Shown: piece after piece, positions 1 to 14,500 of the stretch
How positions within the stretch are numbered: position 1 is the stretch's first letter
Layout: the number at the start of each line of letters is the position of its first letter
Assembly: GCF_009914755.1 (NCBI RefSeq)
Contig: NC_060930.1
Source of the DNA: the human T2T-CHM13v2.0 reference genome, Homo sapiens
Direction: 5' to 3' (one strand)
DNA: 64,000 nucleotides
Notes under the pieces: generated by a model
What the model saw: the letters and a program-made list of their open reading frames with translations, nothing else
Told to the model about the DNA's origin: nothing
Database searches by the model: none
Program-made: the position numbers and the translations under genes

Positions 1-2331
1 TATATTCAAATAACTTCTCCCCTATATCCCTTTAGTAACACATTTTTTCCCAAGTAGTTAGAAAACAAGAATTTTTATTCAGTAAAGTCATAACTGGCTT
101 TGAGAAGCATACCATTGCATGGCAGTTATATATTACTAGTAAAATATACATCTTGACGATATCCCAGAAAACCGAGGTACTTGTTTTGATAGAAAAACAT
201 GTATCAAAATTCACATATTGATAAATCATAAAATTACTGTTGCTATGCTGTTCTACTTAGAATTTCAAAGTAATCTATCATGTTTCTACATCACTGTAAC
301 CAATATAAGTAATCTAGAACATGTTAATTTAAGCATATAATTTATAACTTATTAATGACAAAACTTTGACATGAACATGCAATGTAAAAGGTAGTTATAA
401 ACCTTGTAACTATGTGAGTTAATTTGAAGAAACAAAGTATGCCATCAAAGTAACATTTCAAAATGTGTAAAGGTGAAACAGAGACATTTTTACAGGTAAA
501 CATTTTATATATATATTTAGTAGCTGCCAAACTCAGGGAGCACTGGGAAGGCCTCATTTAGATGTTTTACCTAAAAATGCATATGACACACTGTTCTCTA
601 CCCTAATGTAGGCATGTAGACCCTAACCATATAGATTTATAGACCCAGAAAATATACATAGGTACCTCTTCTTGGAAATGGCAGATTCCACTCTCAAAAT
701 TGAGTAAGGATAGCAGGCATCTACAACAATCCCAAACACATGCTACTTAGATGAGATCCGGATACTATGAAAAGTTGCCAAAATATGTCACTTAATGGCC
801 AAACATGCTCCTAATAAAAGTTTACTGTAGTGCAGCTGAAAATAGTTCAAAATTCTTTGGCCTGGACAAATACTGTTAAATTTAGATAATCCAGTGCTAC
901 CACACTTGACTGGAATACAACCTCTGCAATTCTTCAAGTTTGTTATCTCTCCTTCACTTGCCTTTGTCTCTGAGCTTATTCATCACTCACAACATGTCAC
1001 GTAACACAGTAAATCTTCCTCTGTTTCCTGGAATAGTCTATCTGAAGAGATACTCTACAAGTGTTTTCTGGTAAGAGTCATACCTTAACTAAAAAGTAAA
1101 TAAATTCACAAAGCTCAGTAATGAAGATGAAAATAATACAAATAACATAAAATTTAAAGAATCTTTATTCACCAAGAGAAGGAAAATATGAATTATGTTA
1201 TTACTAAAAGAACTGTGCACTTAATATAAAATCTACGTCTTAACTAAGCCCATGTAATTATTTATGGAGTGCATTATTACGTATTTCTCTAACAACAACA
1301 AAAAAACCATTCTATCAGTCACCCCTTCCTATTATACTGAAGTCTGCATCTTGACCCTCAAAGTTTATATTATAGAAGAAACTGTTTTTAATAATCTAAT
1401 TATTTCTTCAATGTGTTTTTGTTACTAACTCTGTAAGCTTTTTGACATCCTAATATGATTTACTGAAATAACAATTCAAGTAAATTGAGTTACTTGAAAG
1501 GTAAAAGACCCTGAAAAAATGATAAAAAGAAACTGATGATATAAATATATATATAAAAAACATCTTAAGAATGCATATGCATGAAGATAAAGGGAACTCA
1601 AAGTATTTCTGATTTCCAACATGCTAAACAACTAAATTACTATTATCTCTTTTCTTTTGGAGGGAGAAAAATTTTTCCTCTTAAAAATCAATCCAGTTTA
1701 TATATCATCGGTTAGTATTATCATGTCTTTAAAAAATTCCAACAAAGAAATGAGCCATGCATGCAACATGATCTCATTACAATCATAGTACAAAAGTGAA
1801 GAGAAGAAATGGTTTATCCAAGACAGACAGTAACTTACTTTAAGCAAATCAATTAGAAGATTAGGTAAAACAAATGAAGCTTAAGTATTCAAATTAAGGT
1901 TAATCATGGACTTTACTTATAAAACAAATAGAATGTAATGTTTTCCAAGCATTTTGTTGCTATAATTTACTTTTTAAATTTTTAGATGAAATATAAACAG
2001 AATTTAATGAATCAATCCCTTGTAATTAACAAACCAGACAATAAAAATGGAAAAAAAATTAATGATATAATTGACAATTTATGAAACAGGTATCTATGAA
2101 ACTGAAATAAAAGAAGTTTATCAAAATGAAGTACTTAATACAATATGGCTCTATTTTGGATCTTGCCCAAGGTTATGAATAGCAAATTTACTACACTATA
2201 TAACCAGCTTCTACTAAAACAAAGCTATAGTACAGGTGCTAACATTTTAATTTATTTTAAAAATCAGACTAACAACATATATTTAATCAAGTCTTTATCA
2301 TATTTTACTCTCAAGGGATAAAAATATTTGA

Positions 2332-2636
2332 TAGTCATGCACTGCATAATAATGTTCCTGTAAATGCTGCACCCTTAAGATTATACCTCATTCTTACTAT
2401 ATCTTTTCTATAGATATATTTAGGTACACAGTAACACTGTGTTACAAATTGTTTACAGTATTTAGTACAATAACATTCTGTACAGGTTTGTAGCTTAGGA
2501 GCAAATACCATATAGCCTAGGCGTGTAGTTGTTAGTCGGCTATACCATCTAGGTTTGTGTAAGTACACTCTACGATGTTTACACAATAAAGAAATTGCCT
2601 CATTTCTCAGAATGTATTCCTGTCATTAAGTGACAA
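2332..2636 (+). mobile_element. Tigger3/MER7-type DNA transposon remnant
   Basis: Starts (c/t)agtcatgcactgcataa, contains taggcgtgtag...ctataccatctaggtttgtgtaagtacactctacgatgtt and ends cctgtcattaagtgaca, as remembered for Tigger3 derivatives. Confidence 0.7.
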
Positions 2637-2717
2637 ATATGTTAAGGGACCAAAGCACTGCCTACATTATCTTGAAATGTAGCAATGAATTTTTCTAAAA
2701 GGATATAAAAGAAACTA

Positions 2718-2893
2718 TTTTTTACTTTTTTTTGTTAAATTTTATTTTAAGTTCCGGGATACATGTGAAGGACATGCAGGTTTCTTACATAGGTAAACCT
2801 GTGCCATGGTGGTTTGCTGCACCTATCAACCCATCACCTAGGTATTAAGCCCCGCATGCATTAGGTATTTATCATGATGCTCTCCCTCCCCCC
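2718..2893 (-). mobile_element. 5'-truncated L1PA 3' end
   Basis: Poly-T followed by reverse-complement L1 3'UTR (catgcaggtttcttacataggtaaac...ccatcacctaggtattaag). TSD aaaagaaacta at 2707-2717 and 2897-2907. Confidence 0.85.
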
Positions 2894-3612
2894 AAAAAAA
2901 GAAACTACTAAAGGGAGCTATCTTGAGGGGAGAGGGAGCATGCTTTTACTTTCTATCAATTGGGATTTATCTGACTTTTCCTACCATTTACATATTACTT
3001 TTTTCTTTTCTATCTGTGCAGTTATGGGTCACTAATGTTTTCTTCTTTTATATGTTAAAAATATCATTTTTAAAATGGTCTCAGGAGTCAACAATAATCT
3101 CATGGTGAAACTGTTGAGTGGAGTTCAGACAGCTCCCTGTATATGTATAGGTCATAAAACAGGAACAAGTTGATTGCTGATGCCGATGTCTTTTTTTTTT
3201 TTTTTAAATCTCCAGAGTCCAGTTCATCACTGGCCTATAGTACACAATTAACAAAAAGAGGATGAGTAGCTAGAACACCCTAGGGATATTTATCAGCCTT
3301 GAAAAAAATCCAAAAGTATTTCCAACAGCAAAAACAGGTACTGTAATTAGCATACTGTAATAGTAATTATGGCAGTGGTTCCTTTCCTGTATCATGATAA
3401 GTTGGGTCTTATTCATTTGTGCCCTGATACTCAGCACAGCACCTGACAATGTTTATTAACTACTGACTGATATGAAAATTTGGAGATTTCTACAGAAGGT
3501 TACCATTTTGTTAGCAATGATATGTGTTAACAGTAAGAAATATCTACACTTAAAAGATTATAGCTCAAAGATCAGTATGCAAACCTATGTTTGATTAAAA
3601 ATCATGCTTTCT

Positions 3613-3962
<350 letters not shown>

Positions 3963-5876
3963 TCAGTCAGACCTAGGGAAACTTCAACTAATCTGCACAA
4001 CTAATTTTAGTTTGCTATTAATATAGAGATAAATTTGAAAGACAGTCTTCAATGGCCATACTTCGTTCTATTTTGGAAGTGTGAAGTTTCAGGAGCATGT
4101 TTTCATTGTCTAACATTCATTATACGGACTCATACTTATCCAAATATTGAATTTTGGGTTATGTTACTTTTTCAAGTTAGCTAAGGGAAAAAAAATCAAT
4201 GTATTAATACTGGAGTCAACAATCAACTTTTCAGATATCCATAGTACCCTCAATTAAGCAATAAGCCCATTGAGAAAAGAATACATTAACGGGGCAGCCT
4301 TACAAATGACTTTGCCAAAGGCATCCTCTTGATCCTAATGTTGGTCCTGGAGCCCACTCATCACCTTTGACCAACTGAAGGGCAAATTAAATCAGCAGAT
4401 GATGAGATGTTCATGCCCTTTTGCTATGCTATGCAAGCTTTTAATTTGGAGATGAGTTAAGGATGAAGTATGGCTTTCCTGAAATATAGCAAAACCATGT
4501 ATAACTCTCAGTAGCGTAATTAAGTTGCCAGTAAAAAGTTACAATGCTTACATATCAGGAAGTTGGGTTTATTTCCACTGGAACATTTTTACATCTTTTG
4601 CTTTATAAAGTAAATATGAATTCCACATATCAAAATCTATTTTCATAACCTTCTCAAGAATGTATCTGCTGAAAAATCAAGGTTCAGTTCTAATTTTACT
4701 CTACAAACTTAAAGAGGGCTAACTGTGTAACTGAAGCATAGAAGCCATTATGTTTTAGAGGTTCTCCACCTGAAGCAATCAAGAACCTATCTTAAATGTT
4801 GATATTATCAAAGTCTTTAAATAAAAGCTCAGATCTACATTAAGGTAGGATTACCTCCCTCATCCTTAGAGCAGGAGCACTGATCAAAAAGCCACTTGAT
4901 CTTAACTAAAAGTGCAATTTCTTTAGTTGCTTAGTTGGTACAGTCATGTCACTCAGGATGTTTACTAATTCAGAGTTTAATTCTCACCCCAAAAATGTAT
5001 AATTTTAGCTCATTTTCTCAAAGAAGTTTCTCTAATTATAAGGAAATGTAACTGACCAAATCTTGAAAATTATTACATTTCAAAAACAAATCAAATTCAT
5101 TTACAAGCCTGATCACCCTTACATGAACTAATGTTTAGGAATAACAAGTTTACAGAACCAAGAGAAAAAAGAGAATTTAACAGATTTATTTACATAGATG
5201 GAATCACAGTGTTGTTTTTTAAGGTTTATAATGGCAAAAATTATATCCCCTGATATTCAATAAGAAAATTCACAAATTATGGTGTATTATATGCCAAACT
5301 CACATTTACATAGTAAAAATAAGACATTAAAATTTGTAACATATATTTTTAATAAACAGCACACAAAAATGCCCAAGCATATTTAAAATTATTCTCCAAT
5401 GAACAGGTAATGTTTTAGGGTTTTTTAGAGTTTTTAAAAGCTTAACATGCCTGAAGATAAGGACTTTTTTTTTAAGTGCATTCCTTACCTAATAGAGTGC
5501 CTGACAACCAGTAAACCAGTAGTTTAAAGAAATGAATTAAGAACTGGCTTCTTGTGAAATTTACGTGTTTAACAAAATTAGCTAAAATTAATAGCTACTT
5601 TCAAAATAACCACATTTTTCAAGCTAGTTTAGTATAATCAGAACATTTGGGCTTCAAAGAGACTTTAGAAATTAATTCGATCTGCCTTCCATTTATTTAC
5701 GAGAAAACTACAGTACAGAAAGATTCAATTTTCTGAAAATCATAGAGTAAGGTAGAGAGATGACAAAAAAATGAGAATGACAGTTCCAATTCAACTCCTC
5801 ATTAATATTCCTTGACCAACCTTCAACCACTCCAAAAATCTCTTATATTATGGTTACACAAAACTATGGAATGCCA

Positions 5877-6034
5877 TTGTTTTGGACTGAGACTTAATAG
5901 CCCACGCCAAACCACAATGGAGTCACTCTGGTTTGTTTTGGGCTGAGTCTTAACAGACCAGACCAAACAAGAATGGAGCCACTCCTGCTAGGAGCCACAT
6001 AACCAAACTGAACTTCAACATCACCAAGTTTTCC

Positions 6035-6078
<44 letters not shown>

Positions 6079-6346
6079 AGGATATTCACAGCAACCAATC
6101 AGAAAGGGCCCAGTTTACCTGAATTAGCATGATAAAGAAGTCTGTTTTAACCTTATAAGGAAAGTAACTTACAATAACCAATTCACTTTTTGTTCCTTCT
6201 TTCTTTAGCCTCTTTCTGCCTAGAAAGCCCACCTCCTCCACTTAGCTCATCTGATGGCCTATTTTTATAGAGACACTGCCCAATTCATGAATCATTAATC
6301 AAAGCCAATTAATTAAACTCAATTTGTTGAAATTTTGTTTTTTGAT
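5877..6346 (+). mobile_element. Old ERV1-type solo LTR (MER57-like group) with an internal ~42-nt A run
   Basis: ccaaac..aatggagtcactc motif, CCAAT boxes and LTR-like end (aaactcaatttgttgaaattttg). A run at about 6036-6078. Family assignment uncertain. Confidence 0.5.
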
Positions 6347-8463
6347 GTTACACACACGTCAAAGTGTGAACAAGTTAAAGAATTAAGTGCAAGAAAAATC
6401 TCAACTTTTCAGAGGCAATCATTAGGGACAAAGAAAATTAGTTTATCTAAGTTTCTGAGGGCCTTTATTCTCTCTTCTTTCAACTTATCCTTTTTAAGAG
6501 TTCACTTGTAATAGAAAAATAATATTCTAAATATCCATTAAGTATAAAAATATCTTATTGAGCCTTCTAAGGGATAAACAGTGTGTAGAGCTTAAAAAAA
6601 TCAATCAGTCTCTATTCATGAAGTTTATGGCAAGGAAAATAAATAGACCTATATAATATAAAAAGTCCCCCACCAACTTCAGATTTATCTGACTTTTCTG
6701 AATTATAAGAGATATTCACTTATTACTTGTATAATTAGAAATTAAGAACAAGCAAAACAGGGCTTCTCCCCACCTACTTCTGAATAATGAAGGAGTTCTA
6801 TAAGAACAAGACAGTAAGGAAAATAATTCGGATAGAAGAAATAACATATAATGGCAGAGTTGTCAAATCGTTATGGTAGGCATACATGGCAATGGACAGA
6901 TCAGGAACGATGTTTTATGTAATTCTGTAAAGAGTGGGTTTTTCATCTCGAAAGAGAAATCAATAAAAAGTTCTCAGCATGTGAATGACAATCAAATGTG
7001 CACTTGGATATCAGAGTAAAAACTGAGTAGGAAAGAGTCACAACGAAGGGTAGAAAAACTAGTTAATAAACGTCTATGAAAGTTAAGAGGAGAGTTGGTC
7101 AGGCTATGAGAACAAAGACATATTTCACAATCTGCATTTGGTTTCTAAGTGAATGGGGAGTCTGGCAGAAGACAGAAAAGGTATGAGCCTCCAATTTCAA
7201 TTTTGTATCAAAATCAGTGATAGTGCCACCACAAAGTTTGCGAATGCGAGGAGCTCAAAGGGCTGAGATATCAACCACAAAGATAAGAAATTTAATATGT
7301 CTGGAGAAATACTACAATCATTAAATTGAAATAGAACCTTCTTAACAATGTAACAGCATCATGATCGGGACCCTATAGAATTTTGAAGCAAGTATTTGGA
7401 GACCTAAGGGTTGGTTTTTGTTGTTAAATTTGTTTTGTGATGTATGTGTTTCCCTTTGTTATTTTTGGCTTTGGTTCTGTCCGTTTCCTTTGTACAAAAC
7501 ATGCACTTCTCTTAGAAGTCATACTGCTTATTATTACACGTGCTCATTTGACTCTCAATTGGGAATTTCTTTTTCTCCTGGTGTTATCTTGCACTAGTGG
7601 TTACCTTCTAAATGTTAAATTTTCATTTCCATATTATTTGTATACTGATAAACCATAATTTCCTTGAAGCCACGTAGCATGCTATAGCATTTCTATCACT
7701 TAGAATGTTTAATAACTTTCCAAAATTTATGTAGACCTATATGAGTCCTTTTCTTAATCCATCTGGCCTCTCTTAATGTCAATGCTCTTCTCCACCCCTC
7801 ATCAAGATGAGGAAAGAGAATTTGCCCAGAATTCAGATATTTATGAAAAAATAAAATGTTTGGGTCTCCAGGTTATCTGGCAAATCAAGTGAAAAGTGAA
7901 CCTACCTCCCCCAAATGACCCCTAAGCTTTATAGGTTACTTTATCACTGGGTTATATCAACAGCCCCCCAACTCCAGTTGATGAGTAAATCTTATTTTCT
8001 TTTCCCTATTGCCCTATGGAGAGAATTTCCATCCTCTCAATCTCAGACCACTAATTCTTATTCGCAGTTTTGCTTAGATGTTTTTTGAACCAGTCCTTCC
8101 CTACGTAGCTTTAAAATTTAAGGCAGTAATTATCAAACCCTCAAGTACCCTCAAGAGATAGGTAAAATCTTCTTCCTGGGTGTCTAGGAGATCTAATCTA
8201 AAAAAAGCTCCTTATCTTTGATGTATTGTGAACATTACAAAAATTGATTCAAAGCTTGCATTTTACTGTATCTCTGTCTAAATATTAAAATGCTTTAATT
8301 TAGTCATCACTTATATTAACTTCTGGTCAAAAATTTCCAAAAACCGATTCTATTTTGAAGCTTCTTCGCCCTCCGGATACACCACTACAGACTGGAGTTT
8401 AAATGCTCAATGTAAAAGATTACTACATACATCACAGTGCCCTTCACAAAACGTTAGTAATAT

Positions 8464-8757
<294 letters not shown>

Positions 8758-11339
8758 TTAGTAATACTTTTGAGGAACACATTTAAAATGCTACAAAACT
8801 ATATAAAAACAAAAGTAAAGACATGAACTCATGATTCAGTTGAAACTGAATACTAAATTTCATTTAGAGCTTAGTAAAAATAAATTTGTAATTATTTTCC
8901 CATCCAAGTTCAAAGACACTTTACCCTTAAGAATCCACCTTCTAAAGGAAAAAAGAAAATAAGTGCTAACACTAAATGAACACTGTTGCAGGATCTCTGA
9001 TAATCACTATGTACACTTCATGTCATTAAACCATCACAAATACTATTCCACAGATTAGGCTGCTTAGGAAAGTTATTTGTATAAAGCCATGTGACCAAAA
9101 ATACATTCAAACTATAGTGTAACTCCAAATGAAGACTGTGACAAAGCACCTCAAAAAAATTTTCTAGCCTCTAGCTGAGGAATCATTGAGGAACACTACT
9201 GATAACACTATAACTCATTAATACTCCTATTAAACAACTTTCTGTTTGGGCAATTAAAAACAATGTTCAGTTAAAACTAAAATCTAATACTTCCTAGAGT
9301 TCCACATGAGATCATCACCATCATCGTCATCTTCACTAGCTAACCCAAAGGAACAAGGTAAACACAAAAACTCCCCACTCTTGTACCAATCTAAAAAGTA
9401 AATTTTTGAATCCATTTTCCAACTGTGTCACACACAGTTGTTAGTATCCTTCTAAGGTGTGTATATGCCTATGTATACTTTTTAAGTAAACTTATAAACA
9501 TGTGGTAACTAGGGCATATTTTATTCTGTCTACGGCAGCTTCTTGGTTTATCCAACTAAGTATTACTAATTCTATTTTCTTAGAATGAGAAGTTCTCAGA
9601 ACAATGATCTATCACCTAAATTTCAAATGAATGTGTAACTGGTAGACAAACTTAAAGCAGACTTTCTAAAACTATTAACAGTGCTCAAGAATGCATCTAT
9701 TTACATCTTAAAAATTTCTCAGTTACTATATGCTACTCTAATGAAAGCTATATTCAAATTATAATTTTTTCCCACAGCATGCCAACAGATTAGGAATTAT
9801 AAACAGACAGATCTGGATTTGAATCCTGTCTATTCTTTAGCAGCTGGTTATCTCTGACAAATTACTGTAAACCTCGTTAGGCTTCTCGGTTTTGTATTAT
9901 CAATCATCATTGGTAACTGATAGTACTGAGAGATCCTCATTATGTAAGGATTGAAAGAAAAATGGTTGTAGCACTGAGAAAAGTATCAAACATTATTCTG
10001 CAATTTCCTTAACTTGGGTTTTACTTTTAAGTTGTAAATTTTCCCTTGGCAATGTTCACAGGATATCTTTGCTAAAATATTATTTTTCAGTTAGTTTTAA
10101 GCTGACTCTTTAAATATCAAATGATTTGCTCTAGAGATGGATTTTCTTTCTTTGGAAGAAGCCAAGATCATTTCCATTTAAGGGCATGTAAGCAGCTGCT
10201 GCTACACATTTTAGTTACCCATAAGAAAGTGAAGTGGGCTAAGTTCACTCTGTCATAAGCATTTAAAAAATTAAAAATTACAAGTACCTCCTCTAAAATT
10301 AAAGAAGAGATTTAAGAATTAATATTTTCGAGTGTGGTGACTTAAGTAAATCTAACATCTAAGACAACAAATTAGATAAACAGAGAAGAGGAGAATGATG
10401 CCCGGCTTTACAAAAAAATTATTTCCCCAGTTCTACTGTAAGATAAACTGTTCTAGGAAGTTCAAAATATCATCTCACTTACTAGCATCTCATTTTTATA
10501 GTAATTTTCAGGAAAGCAACTGCTAGATTAAATGAGGCACATCCTTTCAAAAACATTACAAAACTTAAATTTCAACACATCAAACCTATAAAGCCTCATT
10601 AACTGAGATGTAACTGATTTGGAATCTGTAATTATTTCTTTTTTGCCATAAAGTTGCCCTTAATACTGCATCAGTTTATTAAAAATTTGGTAAGATTGTG
10701 TAATAATTTAATGCAATTGTTTTTAAAAAATCTTAAATACTTAAAGTAGCATATTGCTATTTTGGGGGTGTTGTATGTATCAGTTTAAATATAAGTATTA
10801 CTATTCACAAATATATTGTTAAACTGCTAATTGAAGAAAACACAAATGAATTAAATACATTTATTAGTTCTTTAACTGTAAGATAAAAATAATTTTTTAA
10901 AACAAAAAGCAATTAGCCTGATTTTCTCATACTCCTTCTCCCATACACACAAGAACAAGAACAAAATAAGAAAACAGGTATAAAATTTTATTGTGTAAAA
11001 ATATTTCACTTTCACTAAAAGCTAACATTATGAAGACACGTATTAAAGCAACAGCAGCAAGAATTCAATGAAAGTTGTTTTGCTTATACCTGTGTTTATT
11101 TTTCTCATAATTAAAATTCCTGCAGTAACTATTTTAGCTCTTCAACATCTTCACCATTAATATTCAATTATCTCTAAGCCTGAAGATGCATGAATCTTTA
11201 ACAAAAGCTTTCCACCACCTCAAGTTTACTTATTTTTTTCATTTATCTACCATATACTGTTTTAAATTAAAAACAAAAGATGAAGCACAAAGTGTTAATG
11301 ACTTTTCCATACCTAAAGTAAGAAGTTCTAAAGTTTGGT

Positions 11340-11460
11340 TGTGATAAGACTGAGACTGTGGCTAACCAATCGAAACTTCAGAATTCCTATGTGACATCAT
11401 AAGACCTCCCTAGAACACTTTTTCTCCTCCACCTACTGCAACTGTTCCCATAAACTGGGT
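11340..11460 (+). promoter_or_regulatory. PLN: PLN proximal promoter
   Basis: TGATAA (GATA) 11342-11347, CCAAT 11366-11370, CRE-like TGACATCA 11392-11399, directly upstream of exon 1. Confidence 0.8.
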
Positions 11461-11546
11461 GACAGAGTCAGAAAACTCCCCAGCTAAACACCCGTAAGAC
11501 TTCATACAACACAATACTCTATACTGTGATGATCACAGCTGCCAAG
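11445..11546 (+). other. PLN: PLN exon 1 (5' UTR; start approximate)
   Basis: Matches the remembered PLN mRNA leader (gacagagtcagaaaactccccagc...cacagctgccaag). Strong donor AAG|GTAAGA at 11546/11547. Confidence 0.9.
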
Positions 11547-14500
11547 GTAAGAAACAGATTTCGCTGACTTTGGTAATTCTTACTTTCTATAATTCTTAAT
11601 TCCTATAATTTCTATAATCTGAACTTTTAAAATGAGTTAATTTTATGAATATCAGTTCAATCTTAGGCAATAAAATGACATGACAAAGTGCTTAAATTTA
11701 TAAATGCTTATCCATTTAGTAACAGGAAAAATGAGACAACTTTGAAATGAAAAAGGTCATATTCATCTTTGATCCTGGTTACTGGTTTGTCATTTAAATT
11801 TATCTTTCACTTTTATTTTGCTTTTCAAATGTGAATTTCTGCCAATTAAAAAATCTTCCAATTATGTTACCATATTTGGTAGTAGTGGTTAATTTCTCCA
11901 TGCAAAAACAATGACTTAATTTTGTTATTTATTGCTCTGCTGAGAAACAGTGCAGAACTGAGCTATTTACATCTGAACTAATATGAATAGTCATTTGACT
12001 ACAACATGCACATTATCAGCATGCCTATTCCAATATTATCATAATTTCATACAGTGAATAATGAAATGGAGTTTCAGAATATATAATACAAGCTACTTTT
12101 AAAGTGCCCTTGAGGATGTTTCCCCTCTAAAGTCCAGTCAACTTTTAACAAACATTTCTAAAAAAATTCCATGCTATTAATAAATTGAGTTACTGATATT
12201 AAATTCAATATTGTATCATAAAGAAGTTTAGAAATTTTAAAACAATGTTCACAAACACAAAAAATCTGACGTTAGAGAATAATTTGATACTTTAAAAAGT
12301 TATTTTGACACACGAATATTCTTAACTATCTTATTTTCACACAAATTTGATTAAATGGATTTCTGCCTATTAATGCCTATAGTTTTGTCAAGTTATTATC
12401 CTCCAGTGGTACTCCATTTCCTCTCTCGGATTTAGAAAGAAAGGAAAAAATAAAATAAATGCCAGGAATGGAGATGCCACAATCAATTTTATGACTTCTG
12501 TTTGAATTCTACCCTATTCTTTATGTTACAATCCTCAATTTAGTAAATGAAACGTTTCCTCATTCTTAGATCTCTGTCAGGGCATACAGAAAATTACATA
12601 TATTTTATTTATTTTGATTTTCATATTTCATATATATGTTAAAATAAAATTTATCTCTAAAATTCTCAATTCCTATGACAAATGTTAATTCTATTGCTCA
12701 CTACAAATAAGAACTTTGTAACTCTGTAAGCAGCTTTCCTTAAGACATAAAAAAACATAATTTTTGTCTACCACTGAGGTATCCTAATTGTGTCTCCATA
12801 TCTCTATACTCATATTTTTCCTTTGATAGTACATAAAAGTCATTCAGTGTAGGTGTCTTATGTTATTTGTGCATTTTTATTCAAATATCTATCAAATTAC
12901 ATTCTCACACTTCAAATTGGGTGTTCACGAGTTATTTTATTGTATCAGAATTTTGCTATATCACATATTACTCTAAAAAGTACACATACTTCTGGATAGA
13001 GCAGAAATTATATTAAACTTACCCTTAGCTCACTAGTATGTCTCAGTTAACAGAAATTACAGTTACAGAGACTGCTAAAATTTCAAATATAATGTGGTAG
13101 TACCATACATTGTGTCCCAACTAGTTCATCTATACCTTAAGGTGCAAGTTAAGTATTATCTTTGTTTATGAAGACATGTGGTTTCAAAGTAAGTGCTAAA
13201 AAAAGTGTTAGATGAAATCAAATGGAAAAAATATGAAAGATGTTTAAATTAAGAAGCATTAAGTTTTAAAAACGCATGAAAGAGCCAGAGTACTTGCTTT
13301 ACTAAAAGGCGTGACAGCACTATCATTTCCTAAAACTCAAATATCAAATCCATTTTATTTGTATTTTAGTAGGCATAAAGGAAAATGATCACATTTGGGT
13401 ATATAATCATATCTTTAATTAGTGAGATTAAGAAATAATAAAATATTGCATAAATACAATAGTTTCAGAAAATTTTAATGTATTTTAATGTTTTAATGTA
13501 CTCATTACACATGTACACTAAATTATGTAATATATTAAATTTTTAATTAAAAAACCTAAAGTCTAGTTACCTCTCCAAATTAGACAATATATTACCAATC
13601 CCAGAAATGAGGAGGGCCAATGAACACTTCTTTTTTATTCTTAAAGAGCAATTTCCTAATATACTCGTGTACACAAATATTTCATTTGGTCCTCTTAATT
13701 ATATATTTGATACTGCATCCCTATTCTACAATTTAGGAAAGATGCAAAAAGGTGAACTGCTCAAGATCACAGAACTAAGAAAACAGGGAAACCTTGGCAG
13801 AAGTTTAGGTTTTGTCACTAAGCCACATGCACATCCTCTATATACTGATCAGCATGGCTTAAAGTAAACCATGACACTGACAAACAAAATTTGAAAGCCC
13901 CCAAATACTGTAAATGATATTCTAAAAGGCAAAAGGCAAATTCAGAGAATACAAACTTCTATTTTAATTAAAAGCCATTCCACTCCATTTAAATTCAATT
14001 TATGCATAGCATTACATTCTTAATAGTCTAAATTATATTCTACTGATCATTTTCAAAACCAGAAATATACAAAAATTACAGATGCCCTTAGTTATTAAGC
14101 AATACCTCCTGGAAGGCAAAATTCAAACTAACTGCACAGACTTTAAAAAAAATAACACACCCCAATCAATCAAAGTTTCCTTTTATTTGTTTCATTGCTA
14201 AAATACTCATGCCTTCAATTCATCTGATACCTAAAATCCAAGTTAACATCTCCTCAAAACTTTCACAAAAATCACATTTCGATACTTTATTCTAGGTTCC
14301 CTAGAATCAAGTAGTCTCTTTGTACAATTTCAAAGTTCTTACCCAGAGTAATTCTGAAGCATGTGTTACCAAATAAACACATGAAAATGAAGCCTGGATG
14401 TACAGCATACTCATAGTCAACTGAGGACCTCTAGTGCCTTTGAAAAGGTACTCCATCTTTAGTTTTCAACCCCCAACCCCCGCACAAAAAAAAAGGTTGA

